64,000 nt of DNA from Planctomycetaceae bacterium (GTDB taxonomy: Bacteria; Planctomycetota; Planctomycetia; Pirellulales; UBA1268), in assembly GCA_947449135.1 (NCBI GenBank), contig CANFQO010000002.1, forward strand, positions 86,045 to 150,044, written 5' to 3'. This document shows, piece after piece, positions 30,023-39,364 of this stretch. Position 1 is the stretch's first letter, and each line of letters starts with the position of its first letter. The notes under the pieces were generated by a model, which made no database searches, was not told the DNA's origin, and was given only the letters and a program-made list of their open reading frames with translations. Made by a program: the position numbers and the translations under genes.

Positions 30023-30123
30023 GATTGCCCGGGCAGAATACGCAAGGGCCGGCTGGGCTGGCGGCGGGCAGGCCGGAATTCTATGGTTCCCGCCGCTGGT
30101 TTCCGGCCGCGAAGGACCATTCC

Positions 30124-30759
30124 ATGCCTATCAAACCCCGTTCTTTCTGCGGGCATTCCGCCAGATTCTACGGCTGTCTTCTGGCTCTGGCCACGGTGGC
30201 TCTGGCCACGGGTTGTGTGCAGCGGCGGATGACGATTCGCAGCAACCCGCCGGGAGCGCTTGTCTACGTCGACGACTACCAGATCGGCACCACGCCGGTA
30301 TCAACCGACTTCATCTATTACGGCACGCGGAAGATTCGGCTGGTGAAGGACGGCTACGAAACGCTGACGGTGCGGCAGCCGTTCCCAATTCCGTGGTACG
30401 AAATTTTTCCGCTCGACTTCGTGACGGAAAACCTCTGGCCGTGGGAGATTCGCGACGAGCGGATCGTCGATCTCGCCATGACAAACACTTCCGCCATTCC
30501 GCCGGAGATCGTCGTGGCACGGGCCGAGCAGGCCCGGCTTGCCGCAGGCAGTCTGCCCGCCCCGCCGCCAGTGCCCGTCGTGCAGCAGCCGGTGGCTCCA
30601 CGGCCGATTCCGGCGCCGCCGCCCCAGTCGCTTCCAGCACCGCAGCAGTTGCCGCCACAGGGCGGTGGGCTGGTGCTGCCACCGCCGTCGCCTGCTCCAT
30701 TTCAGGGACTGCAGCCGCCGCTGCAAAACGCGCCGACCCAGGGCATCCCGGGACTGTAG
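30124..30759 (+). CDS. PEGA-domain lipoprotein with Pro/Gln-rich C-terminus
   Basis: Lipobox LATGC after a signal peptide, and a PEGA-like IRSNPPGALVYVDDYQIGTTP ... RLVKDGYETL. ATG 30124; ORF-track start 30025 is rejected. Confidence 0.65.
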   Translation: MPIKPRSFCGHSARFYGCLLALATVALATGCVQRRMTIRSNPPGALVYVDDYQIGTTPVSTDFIYYGTRKIRLVKDGYETLTVRQPFPIPWYEIFPLDFVTENLWPWEIRDERIVDLAMTNTSAIPPEIVVARAEQARLAAGSLPAPPPVPVVQQPVAPRPIPAPPPQSLPAPQQLPPQGGGLVLPPPSPAPFQGLQPPLQNAPTQGIPGL

Positions 30760-30792
30760 GGGCGTCAACTGGCTCGCACCGCCGGGCAGACG

Positions 30793-30944
30793 CTGGCGAC
30801 GGTTCGGGGCTGCCCATGCCCCGTCGCCGGACGTTCGCTACGGCCATCCTGGCCTTCGCTCACTCGATGCTGACTGCGTTCCGACATCCTGTCTCCACTT
30901 GTCAGCAACGCCGGCTCCCGGGCCATGGGCAGCCCCTCACGGAT
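30793..30944 (+). repeat. Structured intergenic repeat, copy 2 (best-preserved reference copy)
   Basis: Arms GGGGCTGCCCATG (30806-30818) and CATGGGCAGCCCC (30924-30936). The left flank CTGGCGACGGTTC is shared with copy 3, and the right flank TCACGGA is shared with copies 1 and 3. Confidence 0.85.
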
Positions 30945-31080
30945 TCATCAAGGCACAGAGGGCCACATCGTTAGGCCCGGAGGGCCGGGTTAGCACCAGC
31001 CGACGGAGGTCGGCCAAGCGACGGTCGGCACGATGCCGAGCCGTCGCGTGTATACGGTCTCTCCATGGCATAATGCCTCC

Positions 31081-32400
31081 ATGACAGTCCCGTCATCCTT
31101 CTCAGCGTCGTCCTCCCGCGAGCAGCTCGATGCCCTCAAGCTCGAGCGGCTCCGGGCGCTCGTGCGGGAGATCGTGCCGCATAACCGGTTTTATGCCGCC
31201 AAGCTTAAGCGGGTGTCGCCCGAATTGCCGTCACTCGATGCGCTTCAAGACTGGCCGTTTACCTTCAAGGAAGAGCTGGTAGGTGCGGCCGCTGCGACGG
31301 GCCTCCCTGGAAATCTCACCTGGTCTTCCGATCGCTACGTGCGGTTTCACCAGACCAGCGGCACGCACGGTCGGCCGTTGCCCGTCTTCGACACGGCCGA
31401 TGACTGGGCGTGGTGGATGGCCTGCTGGCAATTGATCCTCGAGCGCGGCGCGGTGCGGTCTGGTGATCGGGTACTCGTGGCTTCCTCGTTCGGTCCCTAC
31501 GTGGGCTTCTGGAGCTGTTTCGACGCGGTGCTCACGCGGCAGGCGATGGCGATTCCCACCGGGGGCATGACGTCGCTGGCGCGGCTGGAACTGGCACGCT
31601 CTCTGGGCGCGACCGTGTTGGTGGCCACGCCCAGCTACAGCCTCCATCTCGCCGAGGTCGCTTCTGAACACAAGCTTGATCTGGAGCACCTGAATGTTCG
31701 ACTTGTGATCGTGGCGGGAGAGCCGGGCGGTTCTGTGCCCGCGGTGCGGGCTCGCATCGGGGCGGCCTGGGGAGCGGAAGTGCTCGATCATGCTGGCGCG
31801 ACGGAAGTGGGGCCGTGGGGCGTGGGCGATCTGGCGGGTCGCGGCCTCGACGTGATTGAGCCATGGTTTCACGCCGAGTTTTTGAGCGTGGAAACGGGTC
31901 GGGCGGCAGGGCCTGGCGAACTCTCCGAATTGGTGCTGACAACGCTCGGCCGCGCGGGCGCGCCTGTGATTCGTTACCGCACCGGCGACCTCGTGCGGCC
32001 CCGCTGGCCCAAGGCCGAGGAGATCGCGGCAGGGGGGTGCCCGTGGGTCCGACTCGAGGGGGGAGTCGTCGGACGGGCCGATGACATGCTCGTGGTTCGC
32101 GGCGTGAATATTTTTCCCGGGGCGATCGACGACATCGTGCGCAGCTTTCCCGAGGTCGTCGAATATCGGCTCACGGCATCCACGCGTGAAAGCCTCGATG
32201 TGTTGCATCTTGAAATCGAGGATCGGCTTTCCGACCCGGGGCGCATCGCCCGCGAAATGCAGTTGCGGCTCGGTTTGCGGGTGGAGGTGACGGCGGTTCC
32301 CAGCGGCAGCCTGCCGCGATTCGAGGGCAAGGCACGGCGGATCGTCGATCGCCGCAGTGCGACACCAGCAGAACAGCAGCCATCAGAAAGGCAGTCATGA
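31081..32400 (+). CDS. Phenylacetate-CoA ligase family protein (PaaK / F390-synthetase-like adenylate-forming enzyme)
   Basis: N-terminal LERLRALVREIVPHNRFYAAKL, a P-loop-like FHQTSGTHGRPLPV, and later YRTGD. ATG 31081. Confidence 0.75.
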   Translation: MTVPSSFSASSSREQLDALKLERLRALVREIVPHNRFYAAKLKRVSPELPSLDALQDWPFTFKEELVGAAAATGLPGNLTWSSDRYVRFHQTSGTHGRPLPVFDTADDWAWWMACWQLILERGAVRSGDRVLVASSFGPYVGFWSCFDAVLTRQAMAIPTGGMTSLARLELARSLGATVLVATPSYSLHLAEVASEHKLDLEHLNVRLVIVAGEPGGSVPAVRARIGAAWGAEVLDHAGATEVGPWGVGDLAGRGLDVIEPWFHAEFLSVETGRAAGPGELSELVLTTLGRAGAPVIRYRTGDLVRPRWPKAEEIAAGGCPWVRLEGGVVGRADDMLVVRGVNIFPGAIDDIVRSFPEVVEYRLTASTRESLDVLHLEIEDRLSDPGRIAREMQLRLGLRVEVTAVPSGSLPRFEGKARRIVDRRSATPAEQQPSERQS

Positions 32401-32708
32401 CACAGCCCATTCCGCAGAGCATCCGGCGGCTCGACCGTGGTGGCATCGAGATCGCGTGGAGCGACGGCGCGAAGGCCGAGTATTCACCGCGACTCCTCAG
32501 GGACGCCTGTCCGTGCGCGACCTGCCGTGAGCAGCGGGTGCAGCCCGCGACACCGGCGCTGCTGCCGGTGCTCAAGCCCGAGGAGGTCGCGCCGCTGGCG
32601 ATCGCGGGCATGAAACCGGTCGGTCAGTACGCCTACTCGATCGAGTTCTCCGACGGCCACTCCAGCGGCATCTACACGCTGGAATATTTGCGTGAACTCG
32701 GCGGGTGA
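32397..32708 (+). CDS. DUF971-family small protein (gamma-butyrobetaine-hydroxylase-like N-terminal Zn-ribbon fold)
   Basis: IEIAWSDGAKAEYSPRLLRDACPCATC ... YAYSIEFSDGHSSGIYTLEYLRELG. Its ATG overlaps the ligase stop (ATGA at 32397-32400). Confidence 0.7.
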   Translation: MTQPIPQSIRRLDRGGIEIAWSDGAKAEYSPRLLRDACPCATCREQRVQPATPALLPVLKPEEVAPLAIAGMKPVGQYAYSIEFSDGHSSGIYTLEYLRELGG

Positions 32709-32757
32709 GCCGCCATCAAGGGAGCCATGGCATTCTGCCGTGGCGTCGTTCGCCAGT

Positions 32758-33297
32758 TCACGCGGGCAGGCCGCAGGCGACGGCGTTGATGACGGCGGCG
32801 ATGCGGACGGCGTCGTGGCAGGCATCCTCGCTCACCCCCAGATGCACGAGGCTCGCCTCGTGGTTCTTGATGCAGAGCTCGCAGCCGGCCAACGCCGCGC
32901 AGCCCAGGCTCATCAGTTCGAAGTCGGCCTTGCTCGTCGCGGGCTGGGCCATACGGCTCATGCGGAGCCGAGGAGAGCGGGCCTCGTAGGACTCCTTCCC
33001 GAGCATGTGGCGGAAGCGGTAGTAGACGGTGTTCATTGCCATCAGGCCGGCCGCGGCGATGGCGTCGGAGAGGACCGGGGCTGCATCGGCATCGCCCGCG
33101 GCCCGCAGATCCGCCTCGAGCGCCTGGCTGAGCGGCTTGCACCGCACGAAGGCAGCGGACGCCATCGCCACGCCGAAGGCCTGGGTGGGCTGGAGGTTTT
33201 CGCCGGCCAAGACGCTCGACAGATTGAGGCGGATGTCCTTCAGTTCATCCGGAAGCGTGTCGCGAAGGGTGTCGAGCGAGGGGGTGGCGATGGACAT
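32758..33297 (-). CDS. ahpD: Alkylhydroperoxidase AhpD-family protein (carboxymuconolactone decarboxylase fold)
   Basis: CxxC in LAGCELCIKNHEASL. 179 aa from ATG 33297. Overall similarity to AhpD is from memory. Confidence 0.8.
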   Translation of the reverse strand: MSIATPSLDTLRDTLPDELKDIRLNLSSVLAGENLQPTQAFGVAMASAAFVRCKPLSQALEADLRAAGDADAAPVLSDAIAAAGLMAMNTVYYRFRHMLGKESYEARSPRLRMSRMAQPATSKADFELMSLGCAALAGCELCIKNHEASLVHLGVSEDACHDAVRIAAVINAVACGLPA

Positions 33298-33430
33298 GGG
33301 AGAAGGATTCCGTGAAACGGTGACTGCGGGGGTGAAATGATGCGGACTGCGAGGATTGTAGCTCTTTGTTGAAGCCTGGGCGGTCGGAATGCTAACCTCT
33401 GGAAGTTTTGCGCGCACCTCAGGTTTTTCC

Positions 33431-36400
33431 ATGCCCCGCCGCGACGATCTCCACACGATTCTGCTCATCGGGTCCGGGCCCATTGTCATCGGGCAGGCCT
33501 GCGAATTCGACTATTCGGGCACTCAGGCCTGCAAGGCACTCCGCGAGGACGGCTACCGCGTCGTGCTGGTGAATTCAAACCCGGCCACGATCATGACCGA
33601 TCCGGGCACGGCCGATCGCACCTACATCGAGCCGCTCACCTGGCAGATGCTGGAGAAGGTGATCGAGGTCGAGAAGCCCGACGCCGTGCTTCCGACACTC
33701 GGCGGCCAGACGGCGCTCAACCTTGCCCTGGAGTTGGAACGTCACGGCGTGCTCGCGAAACATGGCGTGGAGATGATCGGGGCCCGGAGCGATGCGATTC
33801 GCCGCGGCGAGGACCGCGAGATCTTTAAGGAGACGATGCGGAAGATCGGGCTCGAGACCTGCCGGGGACGGATCGTGCGGACGTTGTCCGAGGCCCGTGA
33901 GGTGCTCTCCGAGATCGGCCTGCCGGCCGTCATCCGGCCCAGCTTCACGCTTGGCGGCTCCGGCTCCGGGATCGCGTTCAACCGCGAGGAGTTCGACCAA
34001 AAGGTACAGCGAGGCCTCGACCTCTCGCCGGTGAGCCAGGTGCTCGTCGAGGAATCGATCCTCGGCTGGAAGGAATACGAGATGGAGGTGATGCGCGACG
34101 CGGACGACAACGCCGTCGTGATCTGTTCCATCGAAAACTTTGACCCCTGCGGTGTGCATACCGGCGATTCAATCACGGTCGCTCCGGCTCTCACGCTCAC
34201 CGATCGGCAGTATCAACGGATGCGTGACGCCAGCTTCGCCGTCATCAGGGCGATCGGCGTCGAGACCGGCGGTTCGAACATCCAGTTCGCCGTGCATCCC
34301 CAGACCGGCCGGATGATCGTGATCGAGATGAACCCTCGTGTCAGCCGGTCGAGCGCGCTGGCGAGCAAGGCCACCGGCTTCCCGATCGCGAAGATCGCCG
34401 CCAAACTGGCGGTGGGCTGGCGGCTGCACGAACTGCCCAACGATATCACGCGGCGGACGAAGGCCTGCTTCGAGCCCTCGATCGACTACGTCGTGGTGAA
34501 AGTGCCCCGGTTCGCCTTCGAGAAATTCCCCGAGGCCGACAGTCGGCTCACGACGCAGATGAAGAGCGTCGGTGAGACGATGGCGATCGGCCGCACGTTC
34601 AAGGAAGCCTTCCAGAAGGCGCTCCGTGGTCTGGAAGTCGGCAGCTTCGGCTTCGGTTGCGACGGCAAGGATCTCTGGGGCACCGCGGCGGAGCCGGCGA
34701 TCGACGATATCCGTGCCCGCGTGGCGACGGCCGACCCCGACCGGGTCTGGTATCTCCGCTACGCGTTCAAAGCCGGCATGACCGTTGAGGAGCTCCATGA
34801 ACTCACCGCCATCGATCGTTGGTTCCTCGACCAGCTCCAGCAGATCGTGGAGATCGAAAGCCTGATCCGGACAGTCGGGACGCTCGCAGCGATTGACGAT
34901 GCGCTCCTGCGCCATGCGAAGCAGGCCGGCTTCTCCGACCGGCAGCTGGCCGTGATGCTCGGCGCGTCTGAACTGGACGTTCGCGACGATCGCAAACGTC
35001 GTGGGATCGTGGCCACCTACAAGTCGGTCGACACCTGCGCCGCCGAGTTCGAGGCCCAGACTCCCTACTACTATTCGACGTGGGAGGACGAGGACGAGGC
35101 CCGTCCGAAGCAGCCGGGCAAAAAGCGAGTGATGATCCTCGGCGGCGGTCCCAACCGCATCGGGCAGGGCATCGAGTTTGATTACTGCTGCTGCCACGCG
35201 AGCTTCGCGCTGCGTGAGATGGGGATCGAGAGCGTGATGGTCAATTCCAATCCCGAGACGGTGAGCACCGACTACGACACGAGCGACATGCTCTTCTTCG
35301 AGCCGCTCACCTGTGAGGACGTCCTCAATATCGCCGACCGCATCCAGCCTGACGGCGTGATCGTGCAGCTCGGTGGACAGACGCCGCTGAATCTGGCCAG
35401 GGCGCTCTTCGCCGCCGGACTGCCGATCATCGGCACCAGTGTCGATACGATCGAGATGGCGGAGGACCGGGAGAAGTTTCGCGAACTGCTTGACCGGCTG
35501 GGCCTCAAGCAGCCAGCCAGCGGCATCGCGAGGACGCTCGAACAGGCCCGCCGCGAGGTGGGCCGGATTGGCTTTCCGTCGCTTGTTCGGCCCAGTTTCG
35601 TGCTCGGCGGTCGGGCGATGGAGATCTGCTACGACCACGCGCAGTTCGAGCGCTATGTCGCTGAGGCCTTTGCCGTGGCACAGGGGCAGCCGGTCTTGAT
35701 CGACCGGTTTCTCGAGGATGCGATCGAGGTCGACGTCGACTGTATTTGTGATGGCCGCGACGTGATCATTGCAGGCGTGATGGAACACATCGAAGAGGCG
35801 GGCGTGCACTCCGGCGATTCGGCATGCTGCATTCCACCGCACAGCCTGTCGGTCGAGGTGGTCGACGAGATCAAGCAGGCCGCCGCAAGGATGGCGCGGG
35901 CTTTGGGTGTGGTCGGCCTGATGAACGTGCAGTTTGCCGTCAAGAAGGAGGACGGTAAGCCGACGCTGTATGTGATCGAAGTGAACCCACGGGCGAGTCG
36001 CACCGTGCCGTTCGTCGCCAAGGCCACGGGCCTGCCCGTGGCGAAGGTGGCGGTAAAGGTGATGGCAGGAATGACGCTCGCGGAGCAGGGGATTGAGTCT
36101 GATCCTCTGCCGGCCCACGTGAGCGTGAAGGAGAGCGTGTTTCCGTTCGTGAAGTTCGCCGGCGTCGACATCGCGTTGGGCCCCGAGATGCGGAGCACCG
36201 GCGAGGTGATGGGCGTGAGTGACCGCTTCAGCATCGCTTTTGCCAAGAGCCAGATTGCGGCCGGCATCCTGCTGCCGCAGCAGGGGCGGATCTTCTTGAG
36301 CGTGGCAAGCCCCCAGGCCAAGGAGATGATGGTGGGATTGGCCCGTCGGCTCGTGGCAATGGGCTTCGAGCTCATCGCAACATCGGGCACTGCTCGGGCG

Positions 36401-36697
36401 CTCGCCGAGGCCGGCATCGCCGTCGAGATCGTGAAAAAGCTGCAGGAGGGGCATCCGAACCTGCTTGATTCGCTGATCGACGGTCGTGTGCAACTGATTT
36501 TCAACACGCCGCGGGGCAAGGGGGCCAGAACGGACGAGGGCCGCATCCGTGCCGCGAGCGTGCTCTACGGCGTGCCGTGCATCACGACCCTGCCGGCGGC
36601 GGAGGCCTGCGTGCTGGCGATGGAGGCGCTCCGCACTGAGCAGTTGGAAGTGCAGGCGATCCAGGATCGGTTCGCGGAAGTGGCCGCCCGTCCGTGA
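33431..36697 (+). CDS. carB: Carbamoyl-phosphate synthase large subunit
   Basis: N-terminus [28 protein letters not shown], a duplicated ATP-grasp half ([24 protein letters not shown]) and an MGS-like C-terminus. About 1088 aa from ATG 33431. Confidence 0.95.
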   Translation: MPRRDDLHTILLIGSGPIVIGQACEFDYSGTQACKALREDGYRVVLVNSNPATIMTDPGTADRTYIEPLTWQMLEKVIEVEKPDAVLPTLGGQTALNLALELERHGVLAKHGVEMIGARSDAIRRGEDREIFKETMRKIGLETCRGRIVRTLSEAREVLSEIGLPAVIRPSFTLGGSGSGIAFNREEFDQKVQRGLDLSPVSQVLVEESILGWKEYEMEVMRDADDNAVVICSIENFDPCGVHTGDSITVAPALTLTDRQYQRMRDASFAVIRAIGVETGGSNIQFAVHPQTGRMIVIEMNPRVSRSSALASKATGFPIAKIAAKLAVGWRLHELPNDITRRTKACFEPSIDYVVVKVPRFAFEKFPEADSRLTTQMKSVGETMAIGRTFKEAFQKALRGLEVGSFGFGCDGKDLWGTAAEPAIDDIRARVATADPDRVWYLRYAFKAGMTVEELHELTAIDRWFLDQLQQIVEIESLIRTVGTLAAIDDALLRHAKQAGFSDRQLAVMLGASELDVRDDRKRRGIVATYKSVDTCAAEFEAQTPYYYSTWEDEDEARPKQPGKKRVMILGGGPNRIGQGIEFDYCCCHASFALREMGIESVMVNSNPETVSTDYDTSDMLFFEPLTCEDVLNIADRIQPDGVIVQLGGQTPLNLARALFAAGLPIIGTSVDTIEMAEDREKFRELLDRLGLKQPASGIARTLEQARREVGRIGFPSLVRPSFVLGGRAMEICYDHAQFERYVAEAFAVAQGQPVLIDRFLEDAIEVDVDCICDGRDVIIAGVMEHIEEAGVHSGDSACCIPPHSLSVEVVDEIKQAAARMARALGVVGLMNVQFAVKKEDGKPTLYVIEVNPRASRTVPFVAKATGLPVAKVAVKVMAGMTLAEQGIESDPLPAHVSVKESVFPFVKFAGVDIALGPEMRSTGEVMGVSDRFSIAFAKSQIAAGILLPQQGRIFLSVASPQAKEMMVGLARRLVAMGFELIATSGTARALAEAGIAVEIVKKLQEGHPNLLDSLIDGRVQLIFNTPRGKGARTDEGRIRAASVLYGVPCITTLPAAEACVLAMEALRTEQLEVQAIQDRFAEVAARP

Positions 36698-36754
36698 GGT
36701 GTTTCGCTTTTCGAAGGCGATCGCTTTTTCAGCCCGGGCAATCTATTCTCGGGT

Positions 36755-39199
36755 ATGCCCGTTTCCTTTCCCGCCGTGCCCTACGTCCCGCGTCCGCTGC
36801 CGGCACCGTCGACTGACGAGCCGCCGCGATTCACCGCTCGCACGCTCGAGGGCCTTGAATGGATTCTCGCGCGGGAGCTTGAGCGGGTGGGGGCCCAGGA
36901 TCTCCGCATCGGCCGACGGACGATCGAGTTTTCCGCTGCTCCGGGCATGGAAAAAGAAACGCTCTACCGGGCTGTGCTCGAGAGCAGGACGGCAATCCGG
37001 GTGCTCGAGCCGCTCGGACGGTTTCGTGTCGACTCCCCCGATTCGCTCTATCACGCGATGCAGGAGGTCGACTGGACCGAACAGTTGAAGACGAGCGAGA
37101 CCCTCCGTGTCGACGCCGCGATCCACGATACGTTTCTCACGCACTCGCTCTACGCCGCCCAGATCGTCAAGGATGCGATCGTTGACCAGCTCCGCACACC
37201 CAGCGGCAAACGTCCCAGCGTGCAGCTCAGAGGGGCGACGCTCCGGTTGGGGCTCCATCTGGTGGGCGACACCGCGACGATCTTCCGGGATGCGGCCGGC
37301 CGATCGCTTCACCAGCGGGGCTGGCGGATGGGGGAGGTCGACGCGCCGCTCTCGGAGGTGTTGGCGGCCGGCATTCTCGCCATCACAGGCTGGTGGCGTG
37401 CCGGCGAGCACACCGAGGCGTTGTCAAGCGGCGAGCCATTGTTAGACCCGATGTGTGGCTCCGGTACGCTTGTGATCGAGGCGGCGACGATTGCGGCCGG
37501 TATCGCACCGGGGCTCTATCGCGCGCGGCGGAAGGCTCACGGCTTCTATCGGTTTCGCGACTGCGACCGCGGCCTGTTCGATCGGCTGGTGGCGGAATTG
37601 GAAGCACGCGTTCGGGAGCCGGAGGCCCGCTTTCAAGCAAGCGATCTCGATCCTCAGGCGGTGGCCGCGGCGAAGGCCTGCGCCGAGGCTGCCGGTGTGT
37701 CTTCAGGCATCGCGATCGACGTGCAACACTTCGAGCAGGCCAGACCTGCCGGTGAGAGCGGATTGGTGGTCACGAATCCGCCCTACGGCGAACGCCTGCC
37801 GCTGCCACGGGCTGCCGCCTTCTTCAGGCGGTTCGGCGACTGGCTGGTACAGCATTGCGGTGGGTGGCGGGCTGCGATTCTCGCCGCCGACACGCCGGCG
37901 GCCGGCCAACTCGGCCTGCGTCCGACCTATCGTGTGCCGCTGTATAACGGCCCGATCGCGTGTCGATTGCTGGAAGTGGAGATCAGAAGGCGAGAAGAAC
38001 CGGCACAGCCAACCGCCCACGCCCCACATCCCCCGGGAGACACAGGCACCTCCGATGCTGAGCGACGGGATCGGCGGAAGCTCGACGAGCGTTGGAGCTT
38101 TCGCCCTGAAGAGGAAGGCGGCTCTGCTACGGGTGACGGCGAAAGATCCCCGCAAGGAGACTTCTGCCGTCCCGGCGACAATACGCCCGGCGAGATGTCT
38201 CCTCCCAGACACGCTCCGCTACCGCACCGAAGCGGCCGCACGACCGACGATCAGATTGGCGACTTCCGCCGCCGGCTCGCCAAACGTTTCAAGCATCTCT
38301 CCAAGTGGGCGCGGCGGCAGGGGATCGAGGCGTTTCGAGTCTATGACCGCGACATCCCCGAGATCCCGCTGGTCATCGACTGGTATGCCGGCTGGCTGCA
38401 TGCGGCGGAATACGAGCGGCCACACGACCGCACCGACATCGAGCACGACGTCTGGCTCGACAAGATGATCGAGGCCGCGGCGATGGAAATGGGAGTGCCG
38501 GCAACGCAGACGTTTCTGAAGATGCGCCGGCGGCAGCGTGACGGCGGTCAGTATGAAAAGGTCGATCAGCGACAGGCGGTGCTGTCCGTGAAGGAGGGAG
38601 ATCTCGTGTTCGAGGTCAACCTCTCCGACTACCTCGACACGGGACTGTTCCTCGACCACCGGCAGACGCGGTCCATGGTCCGCGGCGAGGCCGCCGGTAA
38701 ACGGATGCTCAATCTCTTCTGCTACACCGGCAGCTTTTCTGTCTATGCGGCTGCAGGCGGGGCCAAGGAAACGGTGAGTGTCGATCTCTCGAACACCTAT
38801 CTCGACTGGACGCGGACGAACCTCGCGAAGAACGGCTTCAAGGACGCTGGCCGCCACCGGATCGTGCGGGACGAGGCCCGGGCCTTTCTCGAGCATCGGG
38901 CCAACCGCGGCGAGCCGCCCTTCGACATCGTCGTGGTCGATCCGCCGACCTACTCGCGGTCGGCGAAGAGCGAGACGCCCTGGGACGTCGAACGCGACCA
39001 CGCTGAGTTGCTGGAACTGGTGGCGAAGAATCTCTCTCCCGGTGGCGTCGTCTACTTCTCGACCAACTTTCGCCGATTTCATCTCGCTGAGGAGCGGCTG
39101 TCGGCCCTCTACACCTTCCGCGAGATCACCAACCGTACGATCCCCGAGGATTTCAGGAACGAACGGATTCACAGAGCGTGGCGGCTGGTGAAGCGGTAG
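36755..39199 (+). CDS. rlmL: Bifunctional 23S rRNA methyltransferase RlmKL-like (THUMP + two SAM-MTase domains)
   Basis: N-terminal THUMP-like region, a UPF0020 MTase with VVTNPPYGERL, and a C-terminal class I MTase (LNLFCYTGSFSVYAA, VVVDPPTYS). A ~90-aa low-complexity linker lies between the halves. Confidence 0.75.
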   Translation: MPVSFPAVPYVPRPLPAPSTDEPPRFTARTLEGLEWILARELERVGAQDLRIGRRTIEFSAAPGMEKETLYRAVLESRTAIRVLEPLGRFRVDSPDSLYHAMQEVDWTEQLKTSETLRVDAAIHDTFLTHSLYAAQIVKDAIVDQLRTPSGKRPSVQLRGATLRLGLHLVGDTATIFRDAAGRSLHQRGWRMGEVDAPLSEVLAAGILAITGWWRAGEHTEALSSGEPLLDPMCGSGTLVIEAATIAAGIAPGLYRARRKAHGFYRFRDCDRGLFDRLVAELEARVREPEARFQASDLDPQAVAAAKACAEAAGVSSGIAIDVQHFEQARPAGESGLVVTNPPYGERLPLPRAAAFFRRFGDWLVQHCGGWRAAILAADTPAAGQLGLRPTYRVPLYNGPIACRLLEVEIRRREEPAQPTAHAPHPPGDTGTSDAERRDRRKLDERWSFRPEEEGGSATGDGERSPQGDFCRPGDNTPGEMSPPRHAPLPHRSGRTTDDQIGDFRRRLAKRFKHLSKWARRQGIEAFRVYDRDIPEIPLVIDWYAGWLHAAEYERPHDRTDIEHDVWLDKMIEAAAMEMGVPATQTFLKMRRRQRDGGQYEKVDQRQAVLSVKEGDLVFEVNLSDYLDTGLFLDHRQTRSMVRGEAAGKRMLNLFCYTGSFSVYAAAGGAKETVSVDLSNTYLDWTRTNLAKNGFKDAGRHRIVRDEARAFLEHRANRGEPPFDIVVVDPPTYSRSAKSETPWDVERDHAELLELVAKNLSPGGVVYFSTNFRRFHLAEERLSALYTFREITNRTIPEDFRNERIHRAWRLVKR

Positions 39200-39245
39200 G
39201 TGGGGGGGTGTCGCTCCGGGCTTTTCGTTCGGCGTAGGCAAGAAG

Positions 39246-39265
39246 CCCCGGACGGAAGTCCGGGG
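39246..39265 (-). terminator. Hairpin module (minus-sense copy of the 18.7-kb terminator hairpin)
   Basis: CCCCGGAC-GGAA-GTCCGGGG is the exact reverse complement of the stem-loop at 18685-18704. On the minus strand it is followed by CTTCTTGCC. Confidence 0.4.
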
Positions 39266-39328
39266 ACTCCGGTTTGTTGGGCGAGCCCGGCTGTACATGG
39301 CAAGCAGGATGGTGTTCATACCCGGAGT

Positions 39329-39355
39329 CCCCCGGCTCCCGCCGAGGGCTTTTAT
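39329..39355 (+). terminator. Hairpin module with U-tail (plus-sense), likely terminator for rlmKL
   Basis: CCCCCGGC-TCCC-GCCGAGGG (one mismatch) followed by CTTTTAT and preceded by the conserved ACCCGGAGT flank. Confidence 0.45.
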
Positions 39356-39364
39356 GGGAGACCC

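Noticed and set aside
30816-30974. Small hydrophobic peptide encoded inside the repeat. ATG or GTG at the same position in c1-c3 gives M-P-R/H-R-R-T-F-A-T-A-I-L-A-F/S-A-H-S-M-L-T-A, reminiscent of a type I toxin.
   Set aside because: The two core differences between c1 and c2 both fall at second codon positions and change the amino acid (H/R, S/F), so there is no synonymous-site pattern. The frame continues into the variable apex, giving unrelated tails and different stops. There is no convincing SD. Nucleotide-level conservation of both arms is better explained by structure.
34169-36493. 774-aa ORF on the minus strand, opposite carB
   Set aside because: It lies entirely antisense to a gene with unmistakable CarB sequence. 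The translation is Arg/Gly/His/Asp-rich low complexity with no motif. This is a typical shadow ORF of GC-rich DNA, where stop codons are rare on the antisense strand.
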